Positions 8,040-15,623 of a DNA stretch of 24,883 nucleotides are shown here, in pieces. The notes under the pieces are model-generated. The model was not told where the DNA came from and ran no database searches. It worked only from the letters and a program-made list of their open reading frames with translations. The translations under genes were made by a program, and so were the position numbers. The stretch comes from a virus. Numbering within the stretch: position 1 is the first letter of the stretch; every line of letters begins with the position of its first letter. The stretch lies in the IMG/VR virus record IMGVR_UViG_3300008050_000019; one strand, written 5' to 3'.

Positions 8040-9032
8040 CTATGTGTTACTTAGCTTTAGTATTTGTGCTAATTTCATATAAGCGACCTGTCGTGCTATA
8101 CCCACGTCTAAAGTGACTTTAGGTCTCCACTCCAATAATTCCTCCGCCTTTAATGGATTTGCTACGCTATATGACATTACGCCCTTCGGATAGCCATAAT
8201 CTGGATCGCCTGCATCAAGAAGGATATTTTTACCCACATTTTTTTCGATACAACACCGTAAATTAAATAACTTTGTGCTTTTTCCAGTGCCGACGTCGAT
8301 ATATTCATACCCAGAAACTGGTAGTTTGATGTCAAGTGCTGCACTTAGCGCATCGACACAGTCAGTGATGTAGATATAATCACGAACAGAGCCACCGTAA
8401 CATAATCCCTTAACAGGTATTTGCTCGATAGCTGACTCAATGAACTTTGACATGACCATATCACATCTCGACCTGGGACCATACACATTAAAGAGTCTTA
8501 GTGAAATAAACTCTATTCCGAAATTTGTGTTGTAAGTACGACCTAAAAGTTCACCTGACATCTTCGTCATAGCGAATACGCTTTCTGGGCGTGGTCTTAA
8601 TGATGGAAATGTTGTATCAGATCCCAGTACTGACGCATCAGAAGCAAAAATAACTCTCTTAACCGACGCTTCGCGACAAAATTCAAGGATGTTGTTGGTT
8701 CCTTCCACATTCACGCTTTGATATTCTAGCGGATAATCAAATGACTTACTCAAGCTTGCTTGTGCAGCAAGATGATAAACAACATCTACATCACTGAAGA
8801 GTTCTTTGATGTCGTCGTTTCTGATGTCTGCTGTATAAAGAGACATTCTATCTCGCTCAACCCCAGAAAGCCCAAGGTGAATATGTTTCTCGTTCAGTGT
8901 TTGTTCTGCAGTTCTGCCACCCAGAGTATCGTTAAAATTATCGATGCCAATAACTTCGTGCCCGGCCTCTAGTAGGGCTCTACATAAATGTGATCCTATA
9001 AACCCAGCATGCCCAGTTACGATTATTTTCAT
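8040..9032 (-). CDS. NAD-dependent epimerase/dehydratase (extended SDR, GalE-like). The catalytic Tyr of YxxxK appears replaced by Phe (FAMTK).
   Basis: N-terminal Rossmann motif MKIIVTGHAGFIGSHL. LRLFNVYGP matches GalE LRYFNPVGA. The segment aligned to PYGKSK reads VFAMTK. Confidence 0.65.
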   Translation of the reverse strand: MKIIVTGHAGFIGSHLCRALLEAGHEVIGIDNFNDTLGGRTAEQTLNEKHIHLGLSGVERDRMSLYTADIRNDDIKELFSDVDVVYHLAAQASLSKSFDYPLEYQSVNVEGTNNILEFCREASVKRVIFASDASVLGSDTTFPSLRPRPESVFAMTKMSGELLGRTYNTNFGIEFISLRLFNVYGPRSRCDMVMSKFIESAIEQIPVKGLCYGGSVRDYIYITDCVDALSAALDIKLPVSGYEYIDVGTGKSTKLFNLRCCIEKNVGKNILLDAGDPDYGYPKGVMSYSVANPLKAEELLEWRPKVTLDVGIARQVAYMKLAQILKLSNT

Positions 9033-10138
9033 AATGAATGACCTTCAGTTATAAACTCAACGACAGAGTCGACATGAAAATCATGCTGTCTTTGCAGGTG
9101 ATACCGTTGCTCTTCGACAATTTCCTGCCTATTAGCAAGTGACATGTTACGAAGAAGTCTGATTCTATCCATGACGTCAGATGTTTTTTCCACAGTCCAC
9201 AGTGCGCCAAGTAAATTACTTTCTTTAAAAGTATGCGGAACCATCGCGGGACAGTTTACTGCAAGTGCTTCTAAATATCTCGGTGACATAAAACCCACCT
9301 CATAATATCTGGGCTTCGAGATGTGTGTAGTACAAATAAATTTATTTAACATTTTCATAGAATCAAAGAAGTTCATCCTATGATTAAACGCAACTTCTCG
9401 ATGTGTTGATATTAATGCTGTTGGCCGAGGGCGCTCGGGTGATGACTGTAGCCAGTTGCCATACATCGCAGTCTGAATGCCAGCTATCCGTGTACTTTGT
9501 TTTAAGTTAAAGAAATAATTTTCAAACTCATCGTCTCTTTCGTAATTATTTCCAATATATCCATATATCGGATATGGATCTGCAGTAGGCAACATTTCTT
9601 TCCAGTCTGTCCAGAATGGTAGCGAGACCCTATCCCGCGTTAAACGATTCGTCTCAAATGACGGGTCAGCGATGATAAGATTTGGCCACTTTTCTTCGTC
9701 TTTTGCCGTCAGCTTCAAGTCTGTATCCCAAACGATAATGGGGATTTTATCATGATAGTATGCTAGCAGGGCACACTGTCTATCAAGATCGGCCTCATAC
9801 TTGAGGGGATCATACTTCGGGTGAGTTTTGTCATTTTTGTATGTGGACCATCTCCACTCCATAAAGATGACATCAAGGTCAGGATAGTATTCTTTCTTAA
9901 TGGCAACTTCATTTCCATTTTTCTGGACGTGCACATTCGGGAAACCTTCTAATGGATAAATAGCACCAGCGAAGTGCGTTTCTTCTCTTCTTGGTTGCAG
10001 CAAATATAACATGTTACCTTGATCAACAACTTCTTGCATGAACAGCTTACGACCATATCGGTGCCCATCAGGAGTGTCTAATTGGTGACCAGGACGCATT
10101 GCATCCCAAACGCCATGGTAAGAAAATCCGACTTTCAT
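9029..10138 (-). CDS. Hypothetical protein (369 aa), possibly a transferase. Contains VWDTDLK (DxD-like) but no confident family assignment.
   Basis: Long ATG ORF coupled to its neighbours within the sugar/nucleotide gene block. Confidence 0.5.
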   Translation of the reverse strand: MKVGFSYHGVWDAMRPGHQLDTPDGHRYGRKLFMQEVVDQGNMLYLLQPRREETHFAGAIYPLEGFPNVHVQKNGNEVAIKKEYYPDLDVIFMEWRWSTYKNDKTHPKYDPLKYEADLDRQCALLAYYHDKIPIIVWDTDLKLTAKDEEKWPNLIIADPSFETNRLTRDRVSLPFWTDWKEMLPTADPYPIYGYIGNNYERDDEFENYFFNLKQSTRIAGIQTAMYGNWLQSSPERPRPTALISTHREVAFNHRMNFFDSMKMLNKFICTTHISKPRYYEVGFMSPRYLEALAVNCPAMVPHTFKESNLLGALWTVEKTSDVMDRIRLLRNMSLANRQEIVEEQRYHLQRQHDFHVDSVVEFITEGHSL

Positions 10139-10530
10139 AGTTTACCTTCTATCATGCTAATTGTGTCCTCAAAAATGGGTGATGGCCAATTACCTGGTGT
10201 AATCCACTCCCATTCACCATCGACTTTTTCTGGTTCCATGACTCTTGGAATTCCTTCCCGATTATAACACCTGTAGTATATAGTAACATACTCTTTTTGA
10301 ATCTCTTCAAAAAAATGTAAATTTATCCCTACACGCTTTAGATCTGTAACAATAAGCCCAGTCTCTTCGTATACTTCACGAATTGCTGCAGCACAAGCAA
10401 ACTCGTCAGGATCAACTGAGCCGCCGGGTAAGGCCCATTCACTTGACCCATGTGAACCTTTACGCTTATGCATTAATACTTGTCCAGAGCTATTAACAAT
10501 TGCAATTGCCGTGCCGACGGCGACTTTCAT
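10135..10530 (-). CDS. Nudix hydrolase. Start set at the in-frame ATG (M4 of the TTG-initiated track ORF).
   Basis: Nudix box GGSVDPDEFACAAAIREVYEETGL matches G.5E.7REU.EE.GU. Confidence 0.7.
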   Translation of the reverse strand: MKVAVGTAIAIVNSSGQVLMHKRKGSHGSSEWALPGGSVDPDEFACAAAIREVYEETGLIVTDLKRVGINLHFFEEIQKEYVTIYYRCYNREGIPRVMEPEKVDGEWEWITPGNWPSPIFEDTISMIEGKL

Positions 10531-10535
10531 TTGAC

Positions 10536-11051
10536 TCAAAATACTTTTACCCCAGTTAGATCATACGAGCTAAATACAGATTTGCGTGACGATGGTGGCT
10601 TCCGCCTAATCTGCCTGGGTTTCGGGAGTGTAAACTCTACACCTCTGCCGACCCTTCCCCCTTGGCCAAAATAATTAAGCCAATATCTACCTTTTCGCAC
10701 TGGAATTCCCTGGCTAGTAAGTATCGCAACATCAAGCCAGTGTAGTTCTCTATTGTTAACTATTACGCCAGTATTTCCTGAGGAGGCATTTCTATGCAGG
10801 CGCGCAGACGAAAGCCCAGGCCTAATGAACCCTATCGTTGGACCTCCTGAGTGGCCCCATGCACCAGTCATGCTATCATACCAGACTTCGCCACAAGCGA
10901 GCTTCATACTAAGCTGTTTTTCTAATGACGAAATCTGTCGCTGGCTAAGTCTTACTTTATTGACTATTACATGACAATTTTCACATGCTGCATATAACGG
11001 GCTTAAAAGAAGGGCGGCGCCAAGTGTTGCACTTAACAGTATTTTATTCAT
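10536..11051 (-). CDS. Secreted or lipoprotein-like protein with a GHSGGP motif. Start at the ATG (M8 of the GTG-initiated track ORF). Signal peptide MNKILLSATLGAALLLSPLYAAC.
   Basis: N-terminal hydrophobic signal sequence ending AAC. GHSGGPT resembles the serine-protease GDSGGP motif. The gene is visibly GC-richer than the rest of the window. Confidence 0.5.
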   Translation of the reverse strand: MNKILLSATLGAALLLSPLYAACENCHVIVNKVRLSQRQISSLEKQLSMKLACGEVWYDSMTGAWGHSGGPTIGFIRPGLSSARLHRNASSGNTGVIVNNRELHWLDVAILTSQGIPVRKGRYWLNYFGQGGRVGRGVEFTLPKPRQIRRKPPSSRKSVFSSYDLTGVKVF

Positions 11052-11421
11052 TATCCATAAACTCTCTGGCACGACTCAGCTCAGTAATCGTGCCTTTCCA
11101 AAAGCGCCCACAACAACTACAAAAAAGATCCATATCTTCTTTGTGCCATCGTGCGGCGACATCTTCGCGATGGCACTCAGCAATAGGCATTAAACAAGTT
11201 GAACAACATTCAGCCTCATCCTGTGATTGCTTAAGCCCTGATTTCATTGTGGACTGTTTTAGTATATTCAGCGTTTCTCCTGATAAACCCATGAGAACAT
11301 CATGTATCCTGGCTTCAAGTTTGTCCAAAGGCAGCGCTTCATAGTCTACGTCATTTCTCTGTTTACTTAATTTTAGGAGCTCATGTGATATTGCAGTAAC
11401 TGCATCATCTAAAGCGTTCAT
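11044..11421 (-). CDS. Cysteine-rich zinc-finger protein (possibly DksA/TraR-like). Start at the ATG overlapping the upstream stop (ATGA).
   Basis: CCSTC...CH...CSCC cluster near the C-terminus, preceded by a helical region (LDKLEARIHDVLMGL). Confidence 0.45.
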   Translation of the reverse strand: MNALDDAVTAISHELLKLSKQRNDVDYEALPLDKLEARIHDVLMGLSGETLNILKQSTMKSGLKQSQDEAECCSTCLMPIAECHREDVAARWHKEDMDLFCSCCGRFWKGTITELSRAREFMDNE

Positions 11422-12431
11422 CAGAAAAGCCTTTCTTTCCACGTTCGTGGCAATTGTGCATTATGAATCTCAATAGGCAAGTGATATTTAAATTTTTGTG
11501 TGCCTCGTTGCTTAACATAGTTAACAATTGATTCTAAACCCTCATTTAATGTTGTCTTTGTTTCATATCCGAACCTTTCTCTAATTTTGTTTGCTGAGCA
11601 TGTTGCTAGCATAACTTCACAGGGTCGTGCTTTATGATACTCGATATCAAGCTTAAAATCTAGTATGGAGGCGATCCTATCGGCTAATTCATTAATAGTA
11701 ACAAACTCTTCGTCTGGGCCGATATTAAACTTCTCACCATGAACTTTTAAATCACAATCAATCAGCCTTGTTAAAACGAACAAATCATCGTTAACAAAAC
11801 TAAAGCATCTTTTTTGGTTTCCATCGCCGTAAACGATTGGCTGACGCCCTTGAAGCATTAAATTAGTCATTATGGATGCCACATTTCTGAAGGGATCATC
11901 ATACTTTTGGCGTGGACCAATAATATTATGGGGAATGGCATGGACAACTTCAAAGCCATGAATTCTACCCAGCAGATCAAGCTGCATCTCAGCTGCATAT
12001 TTCGCAACGCCATAAGGGTCTTCAGGAGATGGCTGCATTGATTCAGTAAATGGAACTTTATTCGCACCGTATCTTGCCATCGAAGAGCAATTAATGAACC
12101 TTTTTACCCCTGAGTTTATCCCAGCTGTCGCTAATGTAACAGTCCCGGTAACGATGTTGTCAGTAATTAATGCTGGACTAAAAACTGACAGCCCTTCATA
12201 TGCTAACGCTGCTGTGTGGAAAATAACATCACATCCAGCAGTCAGCTCCGTCATTAGCTCTAAATCTCTTACATCGCCCGTATGAAACTCATGCTTGCTA
12301 TTTTGTATGATATTATCATCATACCCGCCTATCATACTATCTACACTAACTACACTATGTCCTAAAGACAATAGTTCCTCAATTAGCCATGAACCAAGGA
12401 AGCCTGCGCCTCCAGAAACCATAATTTTCAT
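11421..12431 (-). CDS. NAD-dependent epimerase/dehydratase (extended SDR; sugar-nucleotide dehydratase or decarboxylase-like)
   Basis: MKIMVSGGAGFLGSWL Rossmann motif. Intact catalytic PYGVAKYAAE (YxxxK). The track ORF starts 6 codons earlier (12449); the MKIMVSGG start is preferred. Confidence 0.65.
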   Translation of the reverse strand: MKIMVSGGAGFLGSWLIEELLSLGHSVVSVDSMIGGYDDNIIQNSKHEFHTGDVRDLELMTELTAGCDVIFHTAALAYEGLSVFSPALITDNIVTGTVTLATAGINSGVKRFINCSSMARYGANKVPFTESMQPSPEDPYGVAKYAAEMQLDLLGRIHGFEVVHAIPHNIIGPRQKYDDPFRNVASIMTNLMLQGRQPIVYGDGNQKRCFSFVNDDLFVLTRLIDCDLKVHGEKFNIGPDEEFVTINELADRIASILDFKLDIEYHKARPCEVMLATCSANKIRERFGYETKTTLNEGLESIVNYVKQRGTQKFKYHLPIEIHNAQLPRTWKERLF

Positions 12432-12489
12432 ATTTATATTATACCACATATGTGAATGCAGTTTACAATAAGTTATATAAAATTTATTC

Positions 12490-13218
12490 TTACTGTGGAA
12501 GACGAGCTGATAGCTTCATACACTTAATTGACGTTTTTTCGTCGAAATAAACTTTAGCTTTGTACGTACGATATTGCCATTGGAGTCTATTTCGAGTGCG
12601 ATACCATTCACTTCCCTCTATTTCAAAACTAAGCTCAATTTTTATTTTTCTTACAAAATCAGGACCATCCCTATATTTTGGCCCATAGAATGCACCAAGT
12701 TCAAAACGAGGAGGTACGACACCCACAGCTCTTTGAAGCATACATTCATCAGCTACCCTAATTTCATTTACGCAGTCGATGAATTTATCTTTATGGGAGT
12801 GCATCAAGCCTGCTCGCAGAATGTCACACTCAATTTTTGATGCTGCTCTGTCAGCAGGGGTCTTTGCTCCTTTTTTTGGGACTGCTGTGACCTTCACAGC
12901 CTCGAGGCCATCAACGTCACAAAGAGATACCCAGAATCTAACATCAGCAACAGGCTCACCGGGGTAAGAGACGAGCCTGAATGTGATTGAATCAAATTCT
13001 TCTGCATTTTTCCTGATATAATACCTATCGAATACAAGCACACTGTCTGCTAGCAATTTTACTGTTTGTGGTTTATCTCGGTGTGGCCATGCAAGAAATG
13101 GATTCTTTGTTTTAAGAAAATCCCATAAGGTTGCATTTCTGTTCTCATTATGAAGTGAAAAAAACCAATCATACCTTAACTTGATATTAGTTCCGAGCTT
13201 CGGAACACAAATCTTCAT
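12490..13218 (-). CDS. Hypothetical protein (242 aa)
   Basis: ATG ORF. No family recognised. Confidence 0.5.
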   Translation of the reverse strand: MKICVPKLGTNIKLRYDWFFSLHNENRNATLWDFLKTKNPFLAWPHRDKPQTVKLLADSVLVFDRYYIRKNAEEFDSITFRLVSYPGEPVADVRFWVSLCDVDGLEAVKVTAVPKKGAKTPADRAASKIECDILRAGLMHSHKDKFIDCVNEIRVADECMLQRAVGVVPPRFELGAFYGPKYRDGPDFVRKIKIELSFEIEGSEWYRTRNRLQWQYRTYKAKVYFDEKTSIKCMKLSARLPQ

Positions 13219-13224
13219 ATCTAT

Positions 13225-13482
13225 CTACCTTTCTTCACGGTATTTTTTGAGCCGCTGACGTACACAAACTGCCATTTCTTTTTCTTTTTCAAGAACTGGA
13301 GCAGCGTCATGAACATAATCACATTTCATACATACCCACGAAAAATCATTCTGGTCCGTAATTAATGCTAGTCCATGGTGAATACCATTCTCAGAAACTT
13401 TGTCATGCCCAAATTTGCAAGGGTGCTTAAGCCACATAACTAAGATCTTAAATGGCTTTAATAAAAATTCTAGTTTAGTCAT
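13225..13482 (-). CDS. Small zinc-ribbon-like protein (85 aa), paralog of 13534..13740
   Basis: Shares W(L/W)x(H/D)PCKFGH...W.C..C.Y.H with the adjacent gene. Confidence 0.5.
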   Translation of the reverse strand: MTKLEFLLKPFKILVMWLKHPCKFGHDKVSENGIHHGLALITDQNDFSWVCMKCDYVHDAAPVLEKEKEMAVCVRQRLKKYREER

Positions 13483-13533
13483 TAGACTTTCTCTCTGCTG
13501 CTCTTTCTGCTATTCTTCTCTTTAATAGATCAT

Positions 13534-13740
13534 TTACAAACCGCTTATGATCATCTTTTTGTGTAAAAAAAGATCAGGTGAATGCAAGTAGTTGCATGTT
13601 TTGCATGCCCATGTATAATTAGCCTTGCTGCGGCTTGGAGTCCAGGGTTCAACATTACCTGACCTATCAAATGCATTATGGCCAAACTTACAAGGGTCAT
13701 CCCACCACTGCTGTAAATAATGAAACAACCTTTTTAGCAT
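13534..13740 (-). CDS. Small zinc-ribbon-like protein (68 aa), paralog of 13225..13482. Start at the ATG overlapping the upstream TAA (TAATG).
   Basis: QQWWDDPCKFGHNAF...WACKTCNYLHSPD. The track ORF begins at an upstream TTG. Confidence 0.45.
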   Translation of the reverse strand: MLKRLFHYLQQWWDDPCKFGHNAFDRSGNVEPWTPSRSKANYTWACKTCNYLHSPDLFLHKKMIISGL

Positions 13741-14579
13741 TAGACTTTTGAAAATAACCAAGGACGTGCATTCCAACCATGGCCAAGGTTATTCCACCCT
13801 CTCTTGTTTAGTCCATCTCTAAATGGCTTACCTACGCGTGTATTCTTGACAATTTTTCCGTCGACATCGGATGTCAGGAAATGGCCGAGTGTAAAGTATC
13901 TATTTTCTGCAGACCAGCAGCTTGCATGCAACAACTTGGCATCGTCTGTGGCATGAGCAAGAACCTTATCAAGCTCAGTAAATACATCACCTACGCCTTT
14001 ATGGCCCACTTTAGCGATATGTTCAACGATTTCGTAGGCTTGAATAACGTCGTATTTACCCTCAGCAGAAGGAACATGTTTCAGGTTAGTTAATCCTGAT
14101 AGATTTTTAAAATATTTAAAAATTTCAACTAGCTCCGCATTGATTTCGCAGTAGTGTACTTCGGCATTAGGGAAGTTTTTAGCCAAAATTATTGAAGAAA
14201 ACCCGGGGCCTGCACCCCAGTCGAAGATTCTCTTAGGATCATTAAACCCATTATCTCTTAACAGCTTAATCCCCCCACATGTAGTTGCGTGAGTCTGGCA
14301 TGTTGAAACCCCCAAAGAATCCCACTTGTAATTCGGGTGTGAATACAGCCACGCAGGATCACGTGTAGTTTTCCATTGCTCAAATAAAGCTTCTGCTGAG
14401 GGCTGCATATACTGCCGAAGTGTACTAAGATCGTCTGGATTCTTAAGTCGCCAATGTTTGGCGAACTCAGCTTCTGACATACCAAGTTTTGTTTTAGCAT
14501 ATTCACTAATTGCACCTTGCAAACCCGCATTGTTATTAACACCGAGTGATTTACATAAGCCGATCGTCTTTATTTTCAT
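13740..14579 (-). CDS. Class I SAM-dependent methyltransferase (not a DPPY/NPPF-type DNA amino-methyltransferase)
   Basis: Motif I IFDWGAGPGFSS followed by the acidic motif II (HYCEIN). Confidence 0.6.
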   Translation of the reverse strand: MKIKTIGLCKSLGVNNNAGLQGAISEYAKTKLGMSEAEFAKHWRLKNPDDLSTLRQYMQPSAEALFEQWKTTRDPAWLYSHPNYKWDSLGVSTCQTHATTCGGIKLLRDNGFNDPKRIFDWGAGPGFSSIILAKNFPNAEVHYCEINAELVEIFKYFKNLSGLTNLKHVPSAEGKYDVIQAYEIVEHIAKVGHKGVGDVFTELDKVLAHATDDAKLLHASCWSAENRYFTLGHFLTSDVDGKIVKNTRVGKPFRDGLNKRGWNNLGHGWNARPWLFSKV

Positions 14580-14619
14580 ATAAGAAATTATACTACAAAT
14601 CGAGTATAATTTACACGTT

Positions 14620-15594
14620 TTAATTACTTAAAAATCGCCTGGGCTTCATTCCCTGGATTTTCTTTAACAGTGCGACATCTCTCGTCCAGGGCACTGCACA
14701 TTCTTTTGCACAGAGAAAGTCTTTTTTAGTCATACTACCAACGTCATCGAACTTTTTTAAATCCAAGATCTTTACTGGAATATCATATAATGATAATAAT
14801 TTCGCAATTCTTTGCCACTCTTTCTCTTGCATGTCACTATCAAGTGCCAGAATAATGGGGGTTTTGTGCTTGTAAATTTGAAAAAATAATCTAGAATCCT
14901 CAGCCAAACTTGAACCAAGTAATGTTGTTGCGTTATCATCACATTTCGTTAAGTCAAATGGTCCTTCAACAAGCGTTAGCTCTTTACTCCAGTCAATATT
15001 AATCTCATTGAAAATTATTGCCTTTTTTTGCTGATCACAATTCATATATTTACGAAATGGCTTTTTCTCAAGTGATCTTGCTGTATAGAAGTTAAGTGAG
15101 CCCTCTGAGGAGTATGACAGCATGATCACTCTATCTTTTAGATCTGGATCAGATGAGATTCCGAATTTGAAATACCAAAGATCTCTCTCTGTTAAACCAC
15201 GCCGCTTTAAATATGTAATCGCTCTCTGTATTCTCGGGTCAACAGAGTTGCTCCTAATTGCGAGCATTCTATACCCTTCTGGCATTTGAAGTTGTTTTTC
15301 TACTTCTTGTTCGTCTATCAACGTAGAAAAGTTCTGGCTTGAAAATTTCGTTATATATTCATGAATGTGCTGCTGTGAGCGGTACATTTTAAGTACCTTA
15401 ATCAGCTTTCCCCGCATGCCGCAAACCCAACAATTGATGCGATCGTCACTAACTCTTATTGCAAGCTTCTTTTTTCCTGAGCCTCTACACTTTTCTGATG
15501 GGCACTTAATCGCTATATTTTTTCCATCTCTAGAAAACTCAGTAGCACCAAAAACTTTTTTTATGAATCTAATTTTCTCGTCGAGAATTGACAT
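14620..15594 (-). CDS. DNA primase (T4 gp61/DnaG-like): N-terminal zinc ribbon plus TOPRIM domain
   Basis: Zinc ribbon CPSEKC...CWVCG. TOPRIM motifs LVEGPFD (E.G..D) and LALDSDMQ (DxD). Confidence 0.7.
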   Translation of the reverse strand: MSILDEKIRFIKKVFGATEFSRDGKNIAIKCPSEKCRGSGKKKLAIRVSDDRINCWVCGMRGKLIKVLKMYRSQQHIHEYITKFSSQNFSTLIDEQEVEKQLQMPEGYRMLAIRSNSVDPRIQRAITYLKRRGLTERDLWYFKFGISSDPDLKDRVIMLSYSSEGSLNFYTARSLEKKPFRKYMNCDQQKKAIIFNEINIDWSKELTLVEGPFDLTKCDDNATTLLGSSLAEDSRLFFQIYKHKTPIILALDSDMQEKEWQRIAKLLSLYDIPVKILDLKKFDDVGSMTKKDFLCAKECAVPWTRDVALLKKIQGMKPRRFLSN

Positions 15595-15623
15595 ATTATA
15601 TTATACACGAGTCATGAAATAAT

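Noticed and set aside
14580-14619. 7-bp inverted repeat attatac-N10-gtataat between the primase and the methyltransferase as a terminator or operator
   Set aside because: The stem is AT-only and short. No T-run follows in the transcribed orientation. The TATAAT-like sequence sits only 5 nt from the ATG, too close to act as a -10 element.
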